This document shows positions 1-7,047 of a DNA stretch of 30,208 nt, one piece after another (position 1 is the stretch's first letter; each line of letters begins with the position of its first letter). This DNA comes from a virus. Taxonomy: Duplodnaviria; Caudoviricetes. The notes under the pieces are model-generated. The model ran no database searches and was not told the DNA's origin. It saw nothing but the letters and a program-made list of their open reading frames with translations. The stretch spans positions 1 to 30,208 of the IMG/VR virus record IMGVR_UViG_3300049781_000114; one strand, 5' to 3'. The position numbers were made by a program, and so were the translations under genes.

Positions 1-204
1 CTACTTCGCTGCGTAGGTACGGGCCGGATCAGACTGCTTAGTGAGTACTACCGGAACCTTGGGAGTAGTCGGCATTAGTGCCGGTACTGGCCTAGGGGTT
101 GTCTCTGCTGGCTTACGGTTGAAGATCTGCTCTACCCGGTAAGCACAGTGAGTGAATCCGACTAAGAGAGCTACGTAGATGATTACGAGAGAGACTGTGA
201 TCAC
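1..204 (-). CDS. Small membrane-anchored hypothetical phage protein (67 aa)
   Basis: N-terminal hydrophobic stretch (VSLVIIYVALLVGF) and Pro-rich tail. Its GTG start overlaps the TGA stop of the upstream ORF (GTGA coupling at 201-204). Confidence 0.65.
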   Translation of the reverse strand: MITVSLVIIYVALLVGFTHCAYRVEQIFNRKPAETTPRPVPALMPTTPKVPVVLTKQSDPARTYAAK

Positions 205-347
205 TTCTCTACCCCCAGTCCAAGAGCGCCGATAACGCGCATGGCTACCTCAGAAGGCGTCAGATCTGGGTACTGAGAACGGATCTGCTCGTATAGGTGG
301 TGCTCGTAAAGGTCGTGAGCGAAAGCATCAAAGTCGTTAGCGTTCAT
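201..347 (-). CDS. Small hypothetical protein, 48 aa (MNANDFDAFAHDLYEHHLYEQIRSQYPDLTPSEVAMRVIGALGLGVEK); not in the ORF track
   Basis: GGAGA RBS upstream of the ATG at 347. Coupled to the next ORF. First gene after promoter P1. Confidence 0.7.
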   Translation of the reverse strand: MNANDFDAFAHDLYEHHLYEQIRSQYPDLTPSEVAMRVIGALGLGVEK

Positions 348-425
348 TGGTCAATCTCCCTTTGGGGTGTGTGTTATCGCCCTCCTTCATTCGCCATTCC
401 CGGCTCTTTCCTTGCTACTACGTCT

Positions 426-463
426 ATTCTATCAAGAACTTGATAAGCCGTAGTCGGCTACTC
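426..463 (-). promoter_or_regulatory. Phage promoter P1: GAGTAGCCGA-N22-TAGAAT, with palindrome TATCAAG-AA-CTTGATA (430-445) over the spacer
   Basis: One of five copies with identical 22-nt spacing to a -10-like hexamer. Confidence 0.75.
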
Positions 464-472
464 GGCTTAGTC

Positions 473-496
473 GGGGCAGGGGGTTAAGCCTGCCCC
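473..496 (-). terminator. Hairpin/terminator after the primase gene
   Basis: GGGGCAGG-N8-CCTGCCCC, 8 nt past the stop codon. Confidence 0.6.
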
Positions 497-504
497 TCAC
501 GCGA

Positions 505-2733
505 CTACTGATCTGTTGGCACTCGGCTACTGATCAGGCTGTAACGGTCGGTTGGCCGACCACCCGCAGCCTTAGAGCCACTAGCCAACTCGTTCTTACC
601 AATGCGTCCCTGGAACTTCAGAGACTCCATGGCTACCTTGACTGCCCTCTCGGAGATCTTCCCCTTGTATCCGGCATCGGCAAGGAACTGGTAGATCTCT
701 GCGGCTGTAGAAGCACGGTTCTCGCGTAGAACGTCGATAACCTTCTCTTCAACAAAGAGCTTCCTGGACTCCGCGTTCTTCTTGGCAACCTCCCAATCGT
801 CCTCAACGAGACGGTTGGTTACGTCGGTGTTGCGGCTACGGGAAGCAGTGACAGAGAGCATGCCGTTACGGTCGGACTCGTAAGTCACCCAAGCGGCTGT
901 CTTGCCGACTTCTCCGGCACCACCCTGGTTGTCCTTACGGAGGATCAGTTCAGCAAGTCCAGTGCTACCGATGCTCGGAACCTTCTGAGGCTTGATCTCG
1001 TAAAGGGCTCCCTGAGTCGCCTGTGACTTACGGATAGAGCCTGCCTGCCGATCCTTGTTCTCGTGGCCTACGTGGTCAATGTAGATGCCGCACGCACCGT
1101 GGATGGTGAACGGAGTCAGGTAACTGGAGATAGCCAGATCAGTACCGGCCGGAGAGTTGACGTCTTCTCCAAGCGCGATGATGGACGGAGTAAGAGCGTC
1201 CAGGGTCACCAGGGTTACAGCCTTGATGACGTCCGGGGTTAGCTGATTCAGCTCAGAGGCAGAGCGGAGAACGATGAACCGAGCAGCGATTGCCTCTGGT
1301 GCGGTTCCCTGGTTGAGGAGTCGACGTACTAAGCGACGGTTGGTGTTGTTGTCAAACTCCCAGTGAACAACCGTCTTGCCCGCGTTGAGTTCCCTAGCCC
1401 TTAGAGAGTCCTGGTACAGAGACTTACCCGTACCACCATCACCAAAGATGCCGTTGGTCTGTCCCTTGTAGAAGAGACCGACAAAGGCGTCTTCCAGCAT
1501 TCCGACAGTTGGGGCTACGTCGTCTTCCTCGTTAAGGCAGGCGGCTAACGCGTCGGCAATGCTCTCGACGGCTACAGCGTTCTGAGCCTCCATAGCCAGT
1601 GCATGACGCGCGTCTCGGTCAATGCTCATCTGGAGCTTACGAGCCTCTACGGCACGAGCGTAAGCGTCTTCCTCGCTTGCCTGTGCTTCTGGGGTGGGCT
1701 CCTCCGGTAAGTCCGTGCCTCCCTCGTTGCGCTTCTTCAGAGTCATTCCGCACCAGCAATTCTTGTGGGGGTCACCCTGCTTCTTAGCTACGGACCCTTC
1801 AACGGCACGCTTCCATTCAGCAGCGTGTAGGGACTCGTCAGAGTCCCTGGTCTTAGAGACAGAGGTGAATACCTCATAGAGTTCCTGTAGGGCTGTGACA
1901 CCCCCACTGTGACCCTCATGGGCAAGGTGGATAAGGGAGTCAGTTCCCCGCAACATCGCGTGATGCACGTCCAGGCCGTAGACGTGCCGGTTAAGGATCA
2001 GATCCTTAGCCTTGACCAACTGAGCCGCCATATCGGCACAAGGGGCACCCTCTGCATCAGCACGGGATACGAGCCAGTCAGAGACCGCTGTCCAATCCAT
2101 GTCCTTACGGGAAGCACGGGGAAGGCGGCTAACTCCACCAGTGATCTTCTTTACCGCTACTTCTGGAAGCGTGAAGGTGACGTCTTCCGGAGTAGGGATA
2201 CGGTCGGATGGAGTGCTGACGTCTCCAGGCTTGTACCACTCGTACTGCTTACCGGTGTCCGGGTGGATAGAGGGGTAAACAACGGCGTGCCTGTGACCGT
2301 AACGGATGATCTCGATATCGGCGTCAAGCTTGCTCGGCCATTCAAGACCCTTGGGGACGCGTACTAGACGCTGTCCACGGGCAGAGGGGTTCTCTCGACT
2401 AGAAGAAATCCAGCACTGAGCATCGATCTCGTTGCAGTCGATTCCGAGAGAGTCCCAGAACTCAAACCACTGTACGTACCCCTGCTTACCCTTCTCGCGG
2501 TCGGTGTCGACGTCAAAGAGAATGAACTCACTGTCAGCAACGAGGGCAAGGGTGATGTTGTATTCCGGCTTCTGACGGGCCCAACGCTGGTACTGCTCGG
2601 CAGTAGCGATAGCGGTTGAGTAGCCGGTGAAGCCTACTGGTAAGTCCTGGCTCTTCCCCTTGACGGGAAGGATGTTGAAGTCATTGGTCCAACCGGCCTG
2701 AATGTAAAGGCTCTGTGCATCTGGGTACAGCAT
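505..2733 (-). CDS. Bifunctional DNA primase-polymerase fused to a RecA-like/AAA_25 helicase, with probable C-terminal winged helix
   Basis: Prim-Pol motifs FDVD and IEIIRYGHRHAVVYPSIHPDTGKQYEW. Walker A GDGGTGKS, Walker B VTLDAL, IDHVG..AGS. C-terminal helix-turn-helix-like segment (TAAEIYQFL...ISERAVKVAMESL). GGAG RBS. Confidence 0.88.
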   Translation of the reverse strand: MLYPDAQSLYIQAGWTNDFNILPVKGKSQDLPVGFTGYSTAIATAEQYQRWARQKPEYNITLALVADSEFILFDVDTDREKGKQGYVQWFEFWDSLGIDCNEIDAQCWISSSRENPSARGQRLVRVPKGLEWPSKLDADIEIIRYGHRHAVVYPSIHPDTGKQYEWYKPGDVSTPSDRIPTPEDVTFTLPEVAVKKITGGVSRLPRASRKDMDWTAVSDWLVSRADAEGAPCADMAAQLVKAKDLILNRHVYGLDVHHAMLRGTDSLIHLAHEGHSGGVTALQELYEVFTSVSKTRDSDESLHAAEWKRAVEGSVAKKQGDPHKNCWCGMTLKKRNEGGTDLPEEPTPEAQASEEDAYARAVEARKLQMSIDRDARHALAMEAQNAVAVESIADALAACLNEEDDVAPTVGMLEDAFVGLFYKGQTNGIFGDGGTGKSLYQDSLRARELNAGKTVVHWEFDNNTNRRLVRRLLNQGTAPEAIAARFIVLRSASELNQLTPDVIKAVTLVTLDALTPSIIALGEDVNSPAGTDLAISSYLTPFTIHGACGIYIDHVGHENKDRQAGSIRKSQATQGALYEIKPQKVPSIGSTGLAELILRKDNQGGAGEVGKTAAWVTYESDRNGMLSVTASRSRNTDVTNRLVEDDWEVAKKNAESRKLFVEEKVIDVLRENRASTAAEIYQFLADAGYKGKISERAVKVAMESLKFQGRIGKNELASGSKAAGGRPTDRYSLISSRVPTDQ

Positions 2734-2765
2734 TTCGTAATCTCCTAATCCAACCCGTCAACGGG

Positions 2766-2945
2766 TTATCGGTTGGTTGGGCTCTCGTAGATGAAGTCAC
2801 TGAGGTTGTAGTCGTTCTCGTTAAGGTGCTTGAGGATCAAGCTCCGTAAGAACTCTCCATCGTTCATGTTCGCGTCTTCTGCTGCCTTATGCAGTGCCCG
2901 TGCCTGCCACGGGTAGAGCTTGAACGTCTTAGGCTGCATAGCCAT
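2766..2945 (-). CDS. Ribbon-helix-helix-like DNA-binding protein, 59 aa (MAMQPKTFKLYPWQARALHKAAEDANMNDGEFLRSLILKHL...); not in the ORF track
   Basis: AGGAG RBS. Beta-strand (KTFKL) followed by two helices, as in CopG/Arc-type RHH proteins. Lies between P2 and the primase gene. Confidence 0.7.
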   Translation of the reverse strand: MAMQPKTFKLYPWQARALHKAAEDANMNDGEFLRSLILKHLNENDYNLSDFIYESPTNR

Positions 2946-3035
2946 GGCTTCTCCTAGTGGGGTAATACCGGTAGTACCGGATCAGGCGACAAAAATTCCC
3001 GGCGGACTAGCCGGGGTGCTTTCTGCGATACCTCT

Positions 3036-3073
3036 ATTGTCTCAGCTAGTCGCTGTCTCGCTTTCGGCTACTC
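3036..3073 (-). promoter_or_regulatory. Phage promoter P2: GAGTAGCCGA-N22-GACAAT
   Basis: Conserved decamer and spacing, upstream of the RHH and primase genes. Confidence 0.72.
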
Positions 3074-3230
3074 GTCAACCTCGGTTGACGTCTCACAATG
3101 TGTGTGGGACTAGGGTCCGTACAGTCCTCTGAAGTGCGGCTTAGTCCTACTAGTCCCCACAGGGCTTAGAGGTCTGCTACCGTCGCGCTGAGCGCGACAA
3201 GGGGTCGCCAACGAGTAGGGGAGAGGGACC

Positions 3231-3806
3231 ATGGCGAAGAAGCCGGTAGTCGTCACGGAAGCCGAGTGGGAGAAGGACAAGGAGAACGTCCAGAGGATTG
3301 AGACCCCTATTCCGGGGTTCGCGGACGCTGAGCCAGTAATCACCTACGTTCAGGTTCAGTACCTGGACGACGTGACCGAGAAGCCTGCCGATGGCATCGA
3401 GACCGTTCCTCTCCTGGTGCCCGTGGAGAAGGAGAAGGAAGAAGTCGTCATCGGGGAGGACGGAGAGCCGGAGAAGAACGAGGACGGCTCTGACAAGCTC
3501 CAGGCCGTGAAGTACTGGGACTTTGAGCCCCGGGAAATCGACTTGGGTTCGGCTTCCCTCAAGAAGCTGGTGACTGCCCTCAAGCCGTTCTACGAGAAGA
3601 GCCGTCCGCGCGTCGTGTCGGTCTCCCGTCCGGCTTCTGCGTCCAAGGCTCCTGGTTCGGCCGGACACGACTTGGCCGCTATCCGGGAATGGGCCAAGAA
3701 GGCAGGGCACGAGGTTGCCGACAAGGGGCGCATCCCCAACAAGGTGATCGACGCCTACTACAACGCAACGGGTAAGAGCCGCCCGGACGGACAGCAGTCC
3801 TTTTGA
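3231..3806 (+). CDS. lsr2: Lsr2-like nucleoid-associated/xenogeneic silencer protein with insertions
   Basis: C-terminal DNA-binding domain DLAAIREWAKKAGHEVADKGRIPNKVIDAY. Dimerisation-domain landmarks MAKK...YLDD...ETV...EIDL...KLVTALKPF. GGGGAG RBS. Confidence 0.88.
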   Translation: MAKKPVVVTEAEWEKDKENVQRIETPIPGFADAEPVITYVQVQYLDDVTEKPADGIETVPLLVPVEKEKEEVVIGEDGEPEKNEDGSDKLQAVKYWDFEPREIDLGSASLKKLVTALKPFYEKSRPRVVSVSRPASASKAPGSAGHDLAAIREWAKKAGHEVADKGRIPNKVIDAYYNATGKSRPDGQQSF

Positions 3807-4035
3807 TCGGCCGGAGAGCCGGGCAACGCGCTCGGTTTTCCGGTCCCTCCAAAGGGAGCGGAAAGGCTTCCTCTGGGTTCAGGTGGGAGAGCAATTCCCC
3901 ACTGACAGCCTGGAAGCCTTCTCGACAGCCGCAAAGGCTTGGCTCGGGGATAAGAGCAACCTGAGCAGCCGGACAATTGAAGAGGCGGACTGGGCGGAGA
4001 TCTACGGACACTTCAAAGCCCTGTCAGCCAAGTAA
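3805..4035 (+). CDS. Unannotated ORF in the +1 frame after lsr2: either a 76-aa frameshift extension or a 50-aa protein from GTG 3883
   Basis: Open frame DRPESRATRSVFRSLQRERKGFLWVQVGEQFPTDSLEAFSTAAKAWLGDKSNLSSRTIEEADWAEIYGHFKALSAK* ends 4 nt before a strong terminator. No good RBS before 3883. Confidence 0.55.
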   Translation, partial: DRPESRATRSVFRSLQRERKGFLWVQVGEQFPTDSLEAFSTAAKAWLGDKSNLSSRTIEEADWAEIYGHFKALSAK

Positions 4036-4039
4036 GGCC

Positions 4040-4073
4040 AGAGAGCCCCTACCGCGATTGGTAGGGGCTCTCT
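4040..4073. terminator. Strong, probably bidirectional, terminator hairpin
   Basis: AGAGAGCCCCTACC-N6-GGTAGGGGCTCTCT, a 14-bp perfect stem between convergent transcription units. Confidence 0.85.
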
Positions 4074-4369
4074 TGCTGTCCGGGGTCCGTCCAGGGCCCT
4101 GAGAGCCCCTGTGGGCCGTTGTCGGCACAGGGGTGCGGACTCGGTCCGGCGGCTTGGTCCAGGAGCTGGAGGAGGGCTCTCAGACCAAGATCTTTTAGGT
4201 CGGAGCCGGCGAGGGGAAGTTGATCATGAAACCCCAAGCTCAGACAGGGTGCGTGTCCGGCCGTGCCGACTCGGACTATAGGACGGCTCTGTAGGGCTCC
4301 CTGAGCCCCTGTCGGCACCGAGCTGGGGCACGCGTCCGGGGGACTGGAGAGCGTCCAGGACAGGGCGGC

Positions 4370-4636
4370 TCAGGGACGCTTGCGAGCCTGATAGTGCGCG
4401 TTGTATTCACTCTGTGCCAGAGAGCACTTTCCGCAACGGCACTTCCAATTGATGTAAGTCGCTCGCTTGCCATGCGCTTCCGGCGGAAGCGTAGAAGGGT
4501 CTCGTTCAACCCTTCGCCTGATCATGCGTCGACTGTGAAACCTCTTGCACCGATCACAACGGCATCCGTGATTCGAGTAGCAGTGTCCCGACTTCTTACC
4601 TGGACAGTCGGGACGGCATAACTTGTCTTCATTCAT
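4370..4636 (-). CDS. Cys/His-rich putative zinc-binding protein with two Y-x4-CRC-x2-C repeats (88 aa)
   Basis: HCYSNHGCRCDRC and HGKRATYINWKCRCGKC. Start overlaps the end of the upstream gene. Confidence 0.7.
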   Translation of the reverse strand: MNEDKLCRPDCPGKKSGHCYSNHGCRCDRCKRFHSRRMIRRRVERDPSTLPPEAHGKRATYINWKCRCGKCSLAQSEYNAHYQARKRP

Positions 4637-5048
4637 GTGCGGTCTGACTCTTCCTCATTCCGATAATGATGCGGAAACTCGAATCCGGGTGCTTGGCCCG
4701 GTACACGTTGACCGCGCGGTGAGTCGACTTCCTGTCGTTGCCAAAGTCGACCGTGAACCATCGTCCTGCGTACCTGTGCTGAATCCTGAATGCAGAGTCC
4801 GGCGGAGCGAAACCCCCGCTCTCGTTCTTCTGCCTGTTGTGGGTCCGGCATAAGCCGTTGCCCCAATGCGGGCCAGAGCATCCGGGGAAGTAGCAGCCGT
4901 CCACGCTTGGCTTGGTCTTCTTCAACGGCGTGAGCGGCTTTCCTAGAGAACGCTGCTTGTAGTGCCCCATGCAGAGCCCCTTAGCCCGTACTGCCTTAGA
5001 GCACTCGGGGAAAGAGCAGAGCCTTTCTGTGTCTGTGAGCCTAGACAT
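4629..5048 (-). CDS. Zinc-finger protein with two C-x4-C-x9-C-x2-H modules plus a short C-terminal domain (139 aa)
   Basis: CSFPECSKAVRAKGLCMGHY and CYFPGCSGPHWGNGLCRTHN. GAAAGG RBS. Confidence 0.75.
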   Translation of the reverse strand: MSRLTDTERLCSFPECSKAVRAKGLCMGHYKQRSLGKPLTPLKKTKPSVDGCYFPGCSGPHWGNGLCRTHNRQKNESGGFAPPDSAFRIQHRYAGRWFTVDFGNDRKSTHRAVNVYRAKHPDSSFRIIIGMRKSQTAHE

Positions 5049-5085
5049 GGCTGTAGCCCTTTCTGTGAGTGCCGGAGTGGGCTAG

Positions 5086-5340
5086 CTACTCCTGGTTGAT
5101 GGGAAGCGTCCCGCGTCGATAGCGGGTGTAATCCGCCTGGCAGTAGCCAAGCGCGTAGTGGAGCCGGATACATCCGGCGATTTTGCAGCCTTCATGCTTA
5201 CGGGTACGGGCACGTAACGGCCGGAGCCTTAATCCCGCCTGCCTCTGTAAGTCATGGGCCATGCATAGGCCGTAAGTACGGTGAAGGTTCTCGCATCCAG
5301 GGAATGAGCACATGCGCTCTGGAGTAGTCGTATTCATCAC
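5086..5340 (-). CDS. Zinc-finger protein with two C-x4-C-x9-C-x2-(H/D) modules (start 5340/5337, or leaderless from 5367)
   Basis: CSFPGCENLHRTYGLCMAHD and CKIAGCIRLHYALGYCQADY. AAAGGA RBS before GTG ATG. Confidence 0.75.
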   Translation of the reverse strand: MMNTTTPERMCSFPGCENLHRTYGLCMAHDLQRQAGLRLRPLRARTRKHEGCKIAGCIRLHYALGYCQADYTRYRRGTLPINQE

Positions 5341-5373
5341 GGGTCCTTTCGGTGGGTCTCTCTCCATCCCTCT

Positions 5374-5411
5374 ATTTTATGACGGGAACCTCGTTTGGCA
5401 GTCGGCTACTC
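5374..5411 (-). promoter_or_regulatory. Phage promoter P3: GAGTAGCCGA-N22-TAAAAT
   Basis: Conserved decamer and spacing, upstream of the zinc-finger operon. Confidence 0.75.
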
Positions 5412-5422
5412 GGGGCTTAGGG

Positions 5423-5654
5423 GGTTTCCGGAGGTAGGGGTTAGAGGGTCCGGAAACCTAGGGGGTTTTCGGAGGGTATAAGCGCAGGTCAGATGGGTTA
5501 TCGGAGGTTTTCGGAGGTTGAGGGTCCGAATACCCTCCGGAAACCCTAGGGTCCGAAAACCTCTTTTCGCAGGTCAGATGGGTTTTCGGAGGGTTCGGAA
5601 ACCGGGTTTTCAGACCCTCTGGGGGTGTAGAGATACACCCCAGGTCCGGAAACC
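5423..5654. repeat. Iteron-like cluster of 12 TCCG(G/A)AAACC-type decamers in both orientations; probable replication origin
   Basis: Copies start at 5423, 5449, 5464, 5496, 5506, 5525, 5536, 5552, 5581, 5594, 5605 and 5645. Also two CGCAGGTCAGATGGG copies and a GAGA-loop hairpin at ~5619-5643. Confidence 0.8.
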
Positions 5655-6030
5655 TCCCGTAGTGAGTAGGGGAGAGGCTTGCAAGGTGGGGGAATGCAAG
5701 AGACCGAGAAGACTTATCAAGCCTGAGTAGGGGCTTAGTTGCTGGGGCTAGTCACTTGTCCCTAGTGGAGTTGCTGACGATGGGAAAGACCTTGAGGCTT
5801 ATCCTGTAAGCCGGACAAGGGAAGTACGTGAATTCGCCGTACCCCTCTGTTTTGTCTTTGTCAAGCCGAATCCGGATTCTTTTCCATGATTCTTTAGCGT
5901 TACTCCCTGTGTTCACCCTGCAAATTTGCTATTCCACCTTATCAATGCAGGTGAGGCCCTATTCCCGCCTTTTCTTCTAAAGGGAATACCTATGCAGTCC
6001 CTATTCGCTTATCCAAGAAAGGAAGTCGCT

Positions 6031-6543
6031 ATGCGTAATGGAAAGCCCGGAAAGCTGGGTTCTGGAGCAGAGCGGGCAGACAATGCCGCTAAGGCTTTTG
6101 GCATGTCCCTGAAGGGAATGACCAATGGTCAGATCGGTGAAGAGTTCGGTGTAAGCCGTGAAGCTATCCGCCTACTCCTCAAGGAATACATGGACTCCCT
6201 CACAACCCCTCTGGCAGAGGACATGAGGCGGACCGAGGATGACAAGCTAAACCGCCGTGAAGCGCTCCTGTGGCGTCTCCTGGACGGTAAGTACAAGGTG
6301 ACCGGTCACGGCAAGGTAGTGATTGACCTAGCGACCAACGAGCCTGTTGAAGACCTGGAGCCCATCTATAAGGCGGACGCTGCACTAGGCCGGATCGCTG
6401 AGCGTAGGGCCAAGCTATGGGGTCTCGACACACCTGTTACTCAGGAACAGAACATCACATACACAAGCCCTATTGATGAGAGCTACAAGCGACTCATTGA
6501 GCAGATGGACGCACGAGCACAGGCGGATATCGAGAGCCTTTAA
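6031..6543 (+). CDS. Terminase small subunit (HTH-containing)
   Basis: AAAGGA RBS before ATG 6031 (track start 5926 unlikely). HTH GMTNGQIGEEFGVSREAIR and RRAKLWGLD motif typical of actinophage small terminases. Upstream of the large terminase. Confidence 0.75.
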   Translation: MRNGKPGKLGSGAERADNAAKAFGMSLKGMTNGQIGEEFGVSREAIRLLLKEYMDSLTTPLAEDMRRTEDDKLNRREALLWRLLDGKYKVTGHGKVVIDLATNEPVEDLEPIYKADAALGRIAERRAKLWGLDTPVTQEQNITYTSPIDESYKRLIEQMDARAQADIESL

Positions 6544-7047
6544 CGCTCGGTCACTGCATAGGGATGCGCGGGATATGCGCGCGTTATGCGCAGGGTCAGA
6601 GGCTCCAGGGGTAAGCCGGGGTAAAGCGCTCAGGCGTAAGGCTTTGCGCTCGGGTGATCATCCTTCTCCCTCACTCCTGGTGAGTAGTGGTCGGACATCG
6701 TCTGTGTGGGACTGATCAACTACGAGCCTCTGACCTGCGGTGATTACAGCAAATCGGGGACGTCTCACAGATCTCTCACACGGGCCCCTCTTTGCTGAGC
6801 AAACCAGGGGCGGACTCTTTGCTTATGACCTGGACTGCAAAGGCTTAGCGGACTAGCGGGTGATCAGTCACGCGGATAAGTGGCCACTCATAAGCAAAGG
6901 CATTAGTCAAGCCCTTTAGGTGATTTGCTCTAAGGCCAAAGCAAACTAGATGGGGGGTACACATAGAATTGACAAAAGCCTAATCATGCGGGACCGACCC
7001 CCTTTCAATCTCACACAAGAAATCGAATACCGAAACTTGGGGTATCA

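Noticed and set aside
3177-3710. Long antisense or alternative-frame ORFs (e.g. 3177-3710, 12143-12718, 16128-16703, 25400-25996, 26820-27410)
   Set aside because: Shadow ORFs of well-supported genes, without RBS or motifs.
4049-4318. 89-aa minus-strand ORF
   Set aside because: No RBS, runs into the terminator hairpin and has no recognisable features.
5423-5654. CRISPR array or 70-aa ORF (5518-5730) in the repeat cluster
   Set aside because: Repeats are 10 nt, in both orientations and irregularly spaced, with no cas genes. The ORF is just translated repeats.
5926-6030. N-terminal extensions in the ORF track (also 21681, 26327, 26941, 27847, 28709)
   Set aside because: Downstream starts have clear RBSs or stop-start coupling.
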